Shown: piece after piece, positions 1-12,975 of the stretch
Layout: every line of letters starts with the position of its first letter
Numbering within the stretch: position 1 is the stretch's first letter
Source of the DNA: Podarcis muralis
Taxonomy: Eukaryota
Assembly: GCF_964188315.1 (NCBI RefSeq)
Contig: NC_135664.1
Location: forward strand, 2,790,001 to 2,854,000
Length of the DNA: 64,000 bases
Direction: 5' to 3'
Notes under the pieces: model-generated
The model's database searches: none
Seen by the model: the letters and a program-made list of their open reading frames with translations, nothing else
Told to the model about the DNA's origin: nothing
Translations under genes and position numbers: made by a program

Positions 1-1621
1 CTGGCATAACTGCACACACATTAAAAGGCATTAAAGGAAAAAGCAGCAGCTTGATGTGGGAAATTCCAAATATTAAAACAATCAGCCTTTGTTCATAATT
101 AGTTCCATATGTGCACTGCAAACTGAGTCAGTGTATGCGTGTGAGAGGGAAGGAGGAGGGGAGGGGAAAGCCAAGCCGGAAAGGATGGAAATGGCTTCAG
201 CATGACTGATTCATATAGATTCATTTAAAAGTCTCGGTATAAGGTTACATTGTTGGCCTTGAAAATGAAAACAGAGATTTCTTGATTTATTTTTTTTAAA
301 AAATCTATCTCCTATGACAACTGCCTTCCTTTCTGAAGCACAGCATTCAGGGGCAGATGTTGCTTGCTTCTACATTGGCTGACCTAGGGCGACTTCACAG
401 CATGGAACATAATTCCCCCCCCTGGATTCACATAATTGTATGTTCACAGGTGGAACAGGGAGCAAGTCTGTGATTACTCTCTCTTTTTCTGGGACAATGG
501 AGGAACTTTTCCCCACTAACATGACAATAACTCTGATCTAGCTTGAAAACTGCAAATATAATGAATGAGGGGGAGCCAGGGAGCCTGTTCATTCCCAAGA
601 CTAGTCTCTTCCCCAGTTCCATACAAGTCACGGAATAAGTTAAATCAGCCAGACTGCATTGCAAGTTGCTTCTGGTCCACTCAATTTCACTCTTAAATGA
701 AATTAATTCATTTATTTTTAAGAGCAACATGAGCACAACCAGGGCTTTTTTCCAGCCAGAACTCTCAGGTAGGTGCCATTGCCATTCTAAGAGAATGAGG
801 GAGGCATTCGTGGTGAGTTCTGCTACCTCTTTTTCTAGAAAAAATAGCACTGAGTGCAACCATTCTTTGACCTAAGTGCAGCTCAAAAGCGCTCTGGTCA
901 TGGGATCGTGGTGGAGAGAAAAAAACCCCTGTGTTTCTCATGCTGACATTAACCACTAGGCACCCGTGACAGCTGCATAAAACTCTAAACATCTGCTCAA
1001 ATTAAGTTTTAACAATGCCGACTATTTTAAATGAATGGATGTACTTCAGCACAGTGCATTAAACTGTCTTAATTTTGAAACCCGTTTTTGTCTTTAACTG
1101 AAAACAAGGGTCTCCGGATCCCAGCTCTACCACTAAAATGAGGCAACCCCCCTTCTGTAGACCCCAAATAACCCCCACGGGTTATCTTACAGTTTTTGCG
1201 TGAGATAAAACTTTGATACTCAGGCAGAAGTTGAACAAGCAAAAAAGGATTGATTATACAGAGTAAAGTTGGTAAAACAAATGATTTGTTGGGAGATGAA
1301 GTTCTTAATAAATCTAGTGGGTGTTTCAGGCTTCTAAACAAGGTAGTAAATACTCAGCTTCTTTTCAACTTCAGCTGCTTATTTTCAGTTAATACTCTTC
1401 AGTTCGATGTTACAGGTTTCCAGCCTAGATGGCCGATGCTCAGCTTCTCTCCCGTTATTTCACTTCAGTTCCTTCACTTAGTGGTTGTGTAGGTGTTTCA
1501 GCTTAACACTTTGGCTCCTAAAGAAGGGGGGACTTTCCATCAGTTTCCCAACCTTTCCTCACTCCCACTCCTGAGGTACTTCCATCCCTCTTAACTGGTC
1601 TTGGAGCTTCTCTGTCTAGAG

Positions 1622-1763
1622 CAGGTATAGGCAAACTCAGTGGCCCTCCAGATGTTTTGGGACTATAATTCCCACCATCCCTGACCACTGGTCCTGTTAG
1701 CTAGGGATCATGGGAATTGTAGTCCCAAAACATCTGGAGGGCCACTGAGTTTGCCTATGCCTG
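1622..1763. mobile_element. Non-autonomous hAT (Charlie-like) MITE, 142 bp, near-perfect palindrome
   Basis: TIR CAGGTATAGGCAAACT ... AGTTTGCCTATGCCTG; identical 8-bp TSD GTCTAGAG at 1614-1621 and 1764-1771, matching the nTCTAGAn target preference of hAT-Charlie; 53-bp arms with 2 mismatches. Confidence 0.93.
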
Positions 1764-2303
1764 GTCTAGAGGATCCCTCCCCTCCTGACTGACATGAGAT
1801 CCAAGGAAACTTTATCCTCACAGACTCTATTTCTCCTTGTTCAAACTCAGCCTTCCCTTTCCTCCTGTCTGAATACTCTCCCAAGATACTACACTCGGTC
1901 TTTGTATCTAAGCTCAGAGACCCCTTTCTCTAGCTGTGGATATTCTGCTCCTCAGAGTGGATGTTCCACACACGGACCAGAACCAACTCTGCAACTCTCC
2001 CTCCTGCTCTTTCCCTTAGACTATTGGCTTCTTTCTGCTTTTATTCTCCCTGGCTCCACCCCCTTCTGACTAGGCTGTCTTGGCAGCCAATCAGAGAGAG
2101 GCACCCGCTCTCTGGTGGAATTCTGTGGCACTACTTGTACAATGAATGGACCCCAGCAGAAAGTGTCACTCAGAATAGTATATTGGAAGGTGGCCCTCCT
2201 GAACCCCACCAAGCCTATTGAGGTCCCCCCAACCCAGTAGATCCAAATGGATTTCAAAGTGCCTTGATTTCTTAAGACATGGCAGCTATAATCCATTCCT
2301 ATG

Positions 2304-2545
2304 CAGTGGTACCTTGGTATCGAATGGCTTGGCTCTCGAAGAAATCAGCTCCTGAACACCACAAACCTGGAAGTAAGTGTTCCGGTTTGTGAATGTTTTT
2401 TCAGAAGTAGAACGTCTGACACGGCTTCTGCTTGAGTGCAGGAAGCTCCTGCAGCCAATCGGAAGTTGCGCCTTGGTTTTCGAATGGTTTCAGCAGTCAA
2501 ACGGACTCCTGGAACAGATTAAGTTCGAGAACCAAGGTACCACTG
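2304..2545. mobile_element. Tc1/mariner (Tigger/pogo-like) MITE, 242 bp
   Basis: TIR CAGTGGTACCTTGG ... CCAAGGTACCACTG; TA on the right flank (2546-2547), TG on the left (probable decayed TA). Confidence 0.88.
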
Positions 2546-5500
2546 TACTGTGGGAACAATGGATTGGGAACTGAACTGAATGATAATAACTGCAAGAAGC
2601 ACTTTATTTGAAATAAAATAAATATGCCCTGAAAGTTAATGCTCTGGAAAGCTGAGCACTCAAACAGAAGCTATGTTGTAAAGGTTCTGCTACTTTGTGT
2701 GAAACAACTGCTGCCTCTCCTTTTGGGATGAAAAGTTTAAGGCTGGAGATGGACAAAAGCTCTTGCTATAATAGAGAAATCTGTTGCATCTATTGTTGCT
2801 TCAGTGTACAGACACATTTCCTTTGCCCCACATTTCTTTTGTTTCTGCCCTAAATGATTTTGCATGCTTTTAAAATGACCGAAAATTCCTGACCTGACAA
2901 TGGGCAGCAGTGCTTCTCTTACTCCACCTATAGCTGTCTGGAAAAGCAATTGCTTGTCTCAATCCAGGATGGAGTTTGGGTGTAGCCCTTCACTTCTTGG
3001 CAGATTGGAGAGGAAGAAATTCAAAGGGATGTGAACGATCACTTCTAATTCACCTTTTCTATTCAATTTCAAAAGCAAGGGGGACAACAGACTTACAGAG
3101 TAACACAACTTTGGACTAATAGACAGAGAAAAGCCTGTCTCTCATATTCATTTGCATTGTCCATCACCCACCCACCCATGTGCAGACCTGCCAGTTGCAG
3201 TCTATTCATCCAAATGGTGCCACTATAGCACTCTCAAAGAACCACAGATTCCATGCCTGCAGTGCAGGGTAAATGCATGCCCAGCAATAAATGAAAGTTT
3301 TCTTGTGTGTTTTTTAAACAGCCTCTTGCCCTAGACAAGAGGAACTGTGATTGCCAGGCTATCTGGCTGCTGCCTGGTTTGCTTAATATTTGCTTGGATC
3401 TATCACCTTCCCAGAACTTTTGCTAACTGTACCTCTAATTGCTGAAAGCATGAATTTTTGCTTGCTGTAAATCATTAGTGTTGGTTGAGAAAGACCTGAA
3501 GTGTGGAGTTTCATATAAACAGCTGCTTGCAGGAAGTCATTTGTATGGGCAATAATGACTTTTATTAGTCCTGCAAAACCCATCAATGAGACAGAGTATA
3601 TTTCAGTGTCATTTACAGACTCATTCCCATTAACAATTTATGCATCTACAGTCCATTTCTCTCTCTTTCTTCTAAGAACTCAAAGTAGCAAACACTTCAG
3701 AGGTCTGGTGCCCAAATGCTCATTGCCATCTAGCTCCATTTGACTATAGGAAACCCTCTTCTCTTGGACCTTGCAGCATATCCAGGCTTTGATGTATTCT
3801 GGAAGTTAATTAAAGAATAACATTGGATGCAGGACTAGGAAAGTCAGTGTCCCTGTTGTTGCAGCGAAGAGACAGGTAAATCTAGGTTCTAGGTTTGCAT
3901 TGTGACAGAGGGAAAATTGTTGTTACTTCAAAAAATTTGATTGAATGGGTGGAACTCGTAGGCCATGCTTGATAGTAATTGTGTGAGGGGAGAACAAGTG
4001 AACAGGGCTCAGAATCCCTGGGGAACCATATGCCTTAATTTCTTGGGGGCTCGTTCATTCATACTTCCCAAAAGGAAGTACTGTGGTAATGCCCAGGAGA
4101 ACCAGAATTATTTGCTCTGAGAGGCACCAAGGAGTCTGTGATCCATCCATCTGAGTGTGGAGGCAGAGATGCCTCTTCAGGGTTCAGCGGATGAGATGCA
4201 AGCTCTGGTGCCACTGGATTCATATGAGAAGTGTTGGGGTTGGAGCCATCTCTCCTCCTTGGGGCTTCTGTTGTAGGAGGACTCTGCATCTGAGGATTCC
4301 TGGTCCAAGACAAGTGAATTCCTCAATATGGGACCATTATTTCAGTCCCTATCCAGACGCTTGGGAACCAGGCAGAATCATTTTGGAGATGTGGTCCACG
4401 GCCTGCAAGGTGGCTATTTCTACACGAAAACTTCTGGTTGAATTTAATATCTTGAAAGATTGGACCTAATTGGGAACTGAAGGGATGCTGGCTCATGTTC
4501 TCATCACTCTGAATAGTAAGAATTCCCAGAGTTTACAAATCAGCTGTTTTCCCAGTAGATTTTATTGTTGTTAGCAGCCTTGGGCATTTTTCATGTAAAG
4601 ATGGATATAAATGTAACTAACATGCTAAGGGCAGGATTCAGACTAGCCGTCCCACTAGTGGGAGCCCATGCAAGAGCCTCTGCATGGGCAGCAGACCTCC
4701 GCTCCCCTCCATGCGCTGCCGGAATTGTCTCAGTGGGCTTTGGGGGGAACCCCCAGAAAGGTGTGCAGGAGGAAGCAGGGCGATGGTTCTGTCTGGCAGG
4801 CTGAAAAGCTTTGGCTGAAGGAAGGATTGTCACGGTGCTGCTTTGAATTCCTTCACAAAGAAAATGATGCCGAGTTGCATGCATCTTTTCCTTCTGTTTC
4901 ACTCATATGCTGAATTTTGTAAATGCGCCTCATTGGATCAATCTGATGAGTTTTTTGAATCTGTTTAACCATGATCTAAAGGAAGCTAGACTTTGATCAC
5001 TCCTCAGTGCTTGTGCTTCAGTGAATGTGATTAAATGAATCTGACATGTGGGAGCCTATTTACAGGAAATATTTGTCAAAGTATCATTGCATGGGGTTTT
5101 CGCCCATCATAAATTATTTTATTAGAATTAGAGAGCCTTGCAAAATTCCTGTAATTTTTTGGCATGTGTAGTTTCACTTGCTCAGTCCTGGTCTCTCTAC
5201 AAGTATCACTAGAACAGAAAAATAAACTGCAGTTTAACATATTTATGGTGTGCCCCCAAAACCTCTTATCATTCCACAATCTCCTTAAATATTTATGAGA
5301 CACCCTTAAGTTTGTTCACTATATAGATATATAAATAAAAGAGTGAATGCTGTCAGTGCAGAAAATAGTTTGGATTTTATTTTTTCCCACATGCCTCTGA
5401 GGGGCAGCCATTAATCAGAGAGGGAAGTTGTTTGACACAGCTGCCTTTGAGACATGCTGCTCTGATATCACCAGGGGAACAGGGAAGTGTCCTTTGGCCT

Positions 5501-6120
5501 GGAACACTTACATAAACAAAAAGGATTCTGTAGCGGATATAATTTCTCATGTCATGATCAGCTCTTAGGGCTGCAGGAAATGGACCTCACTCTGGCACTT
5601 GTATTAGCTCAGTATTTTAGGCTACTGCCTCATATATGTTTTTGCAAGGGCCATATCCTGAAAGCTACTGGACAAAGTTCCAGTAGCAGAGCAAAGGGGC
5701 CAAAGGTGGCCACCGCCCACTAACCTTGCTGCTGCCGCCACTCAGCACAATTCTGTTAGCCGCTGTGAGGAGACTAGGAAGGTCCACCTGGTGCCAACTT
5801 TGTCATTCTTCTGGTGATAGGCAAATATTTTTATTTTTATTATTCCTGTGCATTAGGGGAGCACCAAAGATTGGATGTTTTACATTTTGTTGTGTTGTTG
5901 TAAATGACTTCAGGGCTTTTTGTTTTTGGAAGCTAAACAAAAATCCAATAAACCGAACCTAGTGGAAAGGAATATTAAATAAATATGGACTTTAAATCTT
6001 GTTTAACTCGACCTCATTGCATCAAAACGTTAATGCTTAGCCTTTACATGGAGCTTTAGCATATTCAAAGCATGTCAGCTGCATCATCTCTGTATCCTTA
6101 GAACAATCCTGTAAGGTAGG

Positions 6121-6897
6121 TGTCAGGGCTGCCTCAGGTCCCAGCTCACAGAGGACCAACGCCAGTCCGTTGTTATATAAAATAGTCTTTATTGAAGTTC
6201 AGTTTCTCATTTACAGCCACGGCGCGCAGCTCTACGTCTTAAACCCTAGACCGCCGAAGCTCTGTCTGAGTCTCCTCCCCCCAGACACCAGTTTGAGACC
6301 CTAGCCTTGCTCCACCTCTTCCTCTGTTCTTTCCTCCTCTGGGTCCGCCTGTCCGCTGGGGTTTTCCCCTTTCTAGACTCTTCTGACGCTGAGTCCCCCG
6401 AGTCTTCCCCCTCCCTCCGGCGGGCTTTAGGACCTGGTTCCCAATCCGGGCTTCCTGCTGTCCCGCGCGCCTGTACATTTCAACTTGGTGCGCGCGCCCA
6501 GCCTGCCACCTTCCTTCTGACCGTTATACTGCTCCTGTCGCTGCTCCCCTCTTCGGGGACGCTAGCTGGGCCTGACTCCTCCTCCCTGCTTGCCGGAGGA
6601 GACGCTGACTCTGACCTATGGGACTCTTCCCCCCCACTACGCTCTGGTGGGGAAGCTGGCCCTGATTTCCAGCTACTGCTCTGGGAGTCTCCGCTGGCCC
6701 CCTGCTTCTGGTGTGTCCCCCCTGGGACCCCCCTTGCCCTGGCCATCGGCGCCCCCTTCTGGGAATCTTCTGATTCACTGGAGAGGCTCATGGAATCTCT
6801 CGGGTCACTGTCATTCTGCCCTCCGCTGCCCTCAGATTCCTCCCCCTCGCTCTCCATTTCCTCTCTCCCCTGCGCCTCTGCTCCTGAACCCCTGACA
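6121..6897 (-). mobile_element. Solo LTR (probably Ty3/Gypsy-type), 777 bp
   Basis: Termini TGTCAGGG...CCCTGACA; perfect 5-bp TSD GTAGG (6116-6120, 6898-6902); AATAAA on the minus strand about 70 bp from the minus-strand 3' end (TTTATT near 6188); GC-rich relative to the flanks. Confidence 0.85.
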
Positions 6898-9077
6898 GTA
6901 GGTCATTATAATCACATATGGCAGATGCAAAGTCAACAGATCAACGCCTTCTGCTTGCTGCATCCCACCCACCAGCTCAAGATTAAATAGTTGAATCCAG
7001 GGATCTTAAGGCTGGAGAACACACCTTTTAGGACTTGATTTGGGTACCACCATTCACAGTCCAAGCCTGGCTTTGACCATTTTAAGCATGATAGACCAGC
7101 CAGGAATCTGTGAGCTTACTCTTAGCACAGTTCAACCCAGATGAGCTCACCCCTCTTGCAGAGAAATAAAGAAATATTGGTTATTTCACAGAAGCCAAGG
7201 GTATCAGTTAGGCTGTTACATTATGTATGATTTGTGACTGTACAAAGTACCAACTAGCTCCCCTTTGTTCCATTAGCAAGTCCCAGCAGCTCTGCCAAAC
7301 TGAGCAATCTATTGCTTCCCATATAGGTTAATGGATCACTTTACATTTTGATAATGTCTTATATTACTGCATGTTTCATTAAGACTGATGTCATGATCTC
7401 AACACCAGTGATCAGTTGGAGCTGTGAGGATGCTTAGCAATTATAGCAGGTAAGAAGGCACATTGGATTCTTCCATGCTTTTTAGAAAAGTCCATTATCA
7501 CCTCTTCTTTTTTTGCAATCCCTTTCTACTCAGGAATGTAAATTTTGGTAATCTGTACTAATAGATTGTGTTTAGTGAAGCAACAGTGTAAATTCAGGAA
7601 TTATTACACCAACAAAAAACAACAACAAAGAACAAATATTATCCACACTACTGATTTTTGGTGCTGTCTACATACCTCCAACTGAAATGCCAGAGATTTT
7701 CTCGGACAGTTCTAGTTATCCTCAATGGGTGTTACTAGAAAACTGCTGAAGTGCTGTCTTTGTCTTCCAGATCAGAGCTGTGTTCAACAGTGCATTTTAA
7801 TTTTGTTTAGGGACAGATTAATTCCAGGGCTGGCATCAGCACCTGACATCTTGGGCAGCTGTGATGGCACCACCAGCCTAGCAGGGCTCACTGGTGATGC
7901 CTACACACACAAACACACCCCGTCCCAGAGCTTTGAGCAGTGTTAGCAGGCTTCATCTAGACATCCTTTTAATTTTCCATAGTGCTCCTGGCCTACAGTT
8001 GGTCTGGTTTCCCTTACTCTTATGAATCTAGCAAGCGCCTTTCAAAGAAGTCAAACACTAGACAAGTTGTGTAGCTCTGGCAGTACTTCATTTCCCAAAT
8101 TTAGCATTTAAAAGCCCTGCAAGCCAACTAACATTCTTTTCAGAGTTCAAAGGACCCCCACCCCATTTTAACGCTTTAGCCCATCTATGAGTCTTTGGCT
8201 GTGGCTTGACCACTCCTGCTCGATTCTCTGTTCAACAAGCTCTGAGGACAGCTAAGTGAGGACAACTAATTATGTTGTGCTGCGTCTGATGCTTCCCTTT
8301 TTATCTCATTTCACAGAAGCCACAAAGCCTTCCAGTGTCCTTTCGGAATAAAAGGGAGGAAAGGGCCAATAGGGCAACCGCTGTTTTGGAGATAGCATGG
8401 TGCCAATGCTGTAACAAGAACATTATGTTCTCATAGAAAGCTGCTGATAATGTGAGAATGGCAAAAGAAAAAAAAGCGGAGGGAAGCATAACCATACAAA
8501 TTGTTGGTGGCGGCAGCGGGGGGGGGGGGGGGAGAGTACTAGAACTATCACAGGACATCTCCATACTTGGCTCCAGCTGCAGAAAGTCAACTTGCCCTGC
8601 ACATGGCTGTTTAAAACACAACTTCATGGGTACACCTCCATGCCCCAAGTTGCTTGTGGAAAAGCAGCTTGCCACAATGTTCCTCTTTTCACACTCTTTG
8701 TGGGACAGAAACAGCTAAGGTGGTTTGGAGAGCCATTTCGCATGCACAAGACTTGCTACATACACCTTCCGTCACACAACTGTGCTTTAATCAGCTGCTT
8801 CCATGCAGCAGATCACACGTTAATGAAAGCTGCAGGGGCAAAACCAGGCTTTCTTTCCCCCAGGGGTCAAAGACGGAGTTTAGCACACACCCCTCGCATC
8901 TGCGTACAGATACACAGCTCACAACATTTGTTCGTAAAGGGCATCAAAGTAGAAAATATATTATTTGAATTCAATGCTTTATTTTTAAACAATATTTTAA
9001 TTGTTTTCCAGCATAATTTACCCAACAAAATATCCAACGTAACTTATAACAAGTATGCATTTTTTATGGTCTTAGGA

Positions 9078-10045
9078 GGGGGTGCCTCAGGGTTCAGTCC
9101 TCTCCCCCATGCTTTTTAACATCTATATGAAGCCACTGGGAGAGATCATCAGGGGGTTTGGGCTGGGTGTTCATCAGTATGCGGATGATACCCAGTTCTA
9201 CCTCTCTTTCAAATCGGATCCAGTGAAGGCAGTGAAGGTCCTGTGTGAGTGCCTGGAGGCGGTTGGAGGATGGATGGTGGCTAACAGATTGAGGTTGAAT
9301 CCTGACAAGACAGAAGTACTGTTCTTGGGGGCAGGTGTGGGGGACTCCCTGGTCCTGAATGGGGTAACTGTGCCCCTGAAGGACCAGGTGCGCAGCCTGG
9401 GAGTCATTTTGGACTCACAGCTGTCCATGGAGGAGCAGGTCAATTCTGTGTCCAGGGCAGCTGTCTACCAGCTCCACCTGGTACGCAGGATGAGACCCTG
9501 CCCGCTGAATGTCTTGCCAGAGTGGTCCATGCTCTAGTTATCTCCTGCTTGGACTACCATAATGCGCTCTACATGGGGCTACCTTTGAAGGTGACTCAGA
9601 AACTGCAATTAATCCAGAATGCGGCAGCTAGACTGGTGACTGGGAGTGGCAGCCAAGACCATATGACACCGGTCCTGAGAGACCTACATTGGTTTCCAGC
9701 ACATTTCTGCACACAATTCAAAGTGTTGGTGCTCAGCTTTAAAGCTCTAAATAATCTCAGCCCAGTAGACCTGAAGGAGCATCTCCACCCCCATTGCTCG
9801 GCCCGGACACTGAGGTCGAGCACTGAGGGCCTTCTGGCGGTTCCCTCACTGTGAGAAGTGAGGTTACAGGGAACCAGGCAGAGGGCCTGTGAAACGCCCT
9901 CCCACCAGATGTCAAGGAAATAAACAACTATCTTACTTTTAGAAGACATCTGAAGGCAGCCCTGTTTAGGGAAGTTTTTAATGTTTAATGCTGTATTGTG
10001 TTTTTAATATTCGGTTGGGAGCTGCCCAGAGTGGGTGGGGTATTT
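9078..10045 (+). mobile_element. L2-clade LINE, 5'-truncated 3' fragment (RT C-terminus plus 3' UTR)
   Basis: ORFs 9082-9537 ([15 protein letters not shown]...HQYADDTQ) and 9522-9854 (LDYHNALYMGLP...LHWFP) are a frameshifted RT; near-identical to the minus-strand copy at 41425-42520; ends in an AT microsatellite. Confidence 0.93.
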
Positions 10046-10131
10046 ATATTATATTATTATATTATATTATATTATATTATATTATATTATATTATATTAT
10101 ATTATATTATATTATATTATATTATATTATA
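10046..10131 (+). repeat. (TATTA)n pentanucleotide microsatellite at the L2 3' tail
   Basis: Direct read; explains the spurious YYIIL-repeat ORFs at 9988 and 9998. Confidence 0.95.
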
Positions 10132-10656
10132 TCAACTTATAGCATTATTCCCCTTCATGGATCACTGCCTTGCCGTGGTGAAGGGGCTTGAATAACTCAG
10201 AGAAGCTATGAGCTATGCCGTGCAGGGCCACCCAAGATGGACAGGTCATAGTGGAGAGTTTTGACCAAACGTGATCCACCTGGAGCAGGAACCGGCAAGC
10301 CACTCCAGTATCCCTGCCAAGAAAACTCCATGGACAAAGGCAACAGGCATATAAAAGTTATGACACTGGAAGATGGGCCCCTCAGGTCCGAAGGCGTCCA
10401 ACATGCTACTGAGGAAGAGCGGAGGACAAGTACAAGTAGATTCAGAGCTGATGAAGTGGCTGGGCCAAAGCCGAAAGGGAGCTCAGTTGCGGATATGCCT
10501 GGAAGCGAAAGGAAAGTCCAATGCTGTAAAGAAAAATATTGCATAGGAACCTGGAATGTAAGAACCATGAACCTTGGTAAGTTGGATGTGGTCAAAAATT
10601 AGATGGCAAGAATAAATATTGACATCCTGGGCATCAGTGAACTAAAATAGACGGGA

Positions 10657-11613
10657 ATGGGTGAATTCAGTTCGGATCACCATCATATCTACTACTGTGG
10701 GCAAGAATCCCGTAAAAGAAATGGAGTGGCCCTCATAGTCAACAAAAGAGTGGTGAAAGCTGTACTGGGATGCAATCTCAAAAATGATAGAATGATCTTG
10801 ATACGAATCCAAGGCAGACCTTTTAACATCACAGTAATCCAAGTTTATGCACCAACCACTGGTGCTGAAGAAACTGAAATTGACCAATTCTATGAAGACT
10901 TACAACACCTTATTGAAATGACACCAAAGAAGGATGTTCTTCTCATTATAGGGGATTGGAATGCTAAAGTAGGGAGTCAAGAGATAAAAGGAACAACTGG
11001 CAAGTTTGGCCTTGGAATTCAAAACGAAGCAGGGCAAAGGCTAATAGAGTTCTGCCAAAAGAACAAGCTGGTCATCACAAACACGCTTTTCCAACAACAC
11101 AAGAGACGACTCTACACATGGACATTACCAGATGGGCAGCATCGAAATCAGATTGATTATATTCTCTGCAGCCAAAGATGGAGAAGCTCTATACAGTCAG
11201 CAAAAACAAGACCTGGAGTGGACTGTGGCTCAGATCATCAGCTTCTTATAGCAAAATTCAAGCTTAAACTGAAGAAAGTAGGAAAAACCACTGGGCCGGT
11301 AAGATACAATCTAAGTCAAATCCCTTATGAATACACAGTGGAAGTGAGGAACAGGTTTAAGGATTTAGATTTGGTGGACAGAGTGCCTGAAGAACTATGG
11401 GTGGAGGCTCGTAACATTGTACAGGAGGCAGAAACTAAAACCATCCCAATGAAAAGGAAATGCAAGAAAGCAAAGTGGCTGTCCAACGAAGCCTTACAAA
11501 TAGCGGGGGAGAGAAGGCAAGCAAAATGCAAGGGAGATAGTGAAAGATACAGGAAATTGAATGCAGATTTCCAAAAAAATAGCAAGGATGAACAAGAAGG
11601 CCTTCTTAAATGA
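10657..11613 (+). pseudogene. BovB ORF fragment: apurinic-type endonuclease domain
   Basis: Motifs GVALIV, QVYAPT, GDWNAKVG, NQIDYIL, GSDHQLL; upstream in-frame TAG stops near 10599 and 10648. Confidence 0.9.
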
Positions 11614-12057
11614 GCAAAGCAAAGAAATAGAGGAAAACAATAGAATGGGAAAAACCAGAGATCTGTTCAAGAAAATTGGAGATATGAAAGGAACATTTCG
11701 TACAAAGATTACCATAACAAAAGACAAAAGTGGAAAGGACGTAACAGAAGCAGAAGACATCAAGAAGAGGTGGCAAGAATACACAGAGGAATTATACCAG
11801 AAAGAAATGGATGTCTCATACACCCCAGGTAGTGTGGTTGCTGACCTTGAGCCAGACATCCTGGAAAGTGAAGTCAAATGGGCCTTAGAAAGCACTGCAA
11901 ATAACAAGGCCAGTGGAAGTGATGGTATTCCAGCTGAACTATTTAAAATTTTAAAAGATGATGCTGTAAAGAATGCTCCAACTACCGCACAATTGCACTC
12001 ATTTCACACGCTAGCAAGGTTAGGCTTAAAATTCTACAAGGCAGGCTTAAGCAGTAT

Positions 12058-12975
12058 GTGGACCGAGAACTCCCAGAAGTGCAAGCTGGATTTCGAAGGG
12101 GCAGAGGAACCAGAGACCAAATTGCAAACATGCGCTGGATTATGGAGAAAGTTAGAGAGTTCCAGAAAGACATCTACTTCTGCTTCATTGACTATGCAAA
12201 AGCCTTTGACTGTGTCGACCACAGCAAACTATGGCAAGTTCTTAAAGAAATGGGAGTGCCTGATCACCTCATTTGTCTCCTGAGAAATCTCTATGTGGGA
12301 CAAGAAGCTTCAGTTAGAACTGGATATGGAACAACTGATTGGTTCAAAATTGGGAAAGGAGTACAACAAGGCTGTATATTGTCTCCCTGGTTACTTAACT
12401 TATATGCAGAATTCATCATGCGAAAGGCTGGACTGGATGAATCCCAAGCTGGAATTAAGATCGCCGGAAGAAATATCAACAACCTCAGATATGCAGATGA
12501 CACAACCTTGATGGCAGAAAGTGAGGAGGAATTAAAGAACCTTTTAATGAGGGTGAAAGAGGAGAGCGCAAAATATGGTCTGAAACTCAACATCAAAAAA
12601 ACGAAGATCATGGCCACTGGTCCCATCACCTCCTGGCAGATAGAAGGGGAACAAATGGAGGCAGTGAGAGATTTTACTTTCTTCTGCTCCATGATCACTG
12701 CAGATGGTGACAGCAGTCACAAAATTAAAAGACGCCTGCTCCTTGGGAGAAAGGCGATGGCAAACCTAGACAGCATATTAAAAAGCAGAGACATCACCTT
12801 GCCAACAAAGGTCCGTATAGTTAAAGCCATGGTTTTCCCAGTAGTGATGTATGGAAGTGAGAGCTGGACCATCAAGAAGGCTGATCGCCGAAGAATTGAT
12901 GCTTTTGAATTCTGGTGCTGGAGGAGACTCTTGAGTCCCATGGACTGCAAGAAGATCAAACCTATCCATTCTTAA
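12058..12975 (+). pseudogene. BovB ORF fragment: reverse transcriptase domain
   Basis: QAGFRRGRGTRDQI, FIDYAKAFD, GVQQGCILSP, YADD motifs; separated from the upstream ORF by frameshifts. Confidence 0.92.

Noticed and set aside
1088-2200. Pyrimidine-rich region with CCAAT-like and TTTTAT motifs suggesting an old LTR hosting the MITE
   Set aside because: Termini and TSD could not be defined.
4059-4313. Pro/Ser-rich minus-strand ORF resembling a terminal exon
   Set aside because: In-frame stop immediately upstream, only a weak acceptor, no recognisable homology; cannot be supported from sequence alone.
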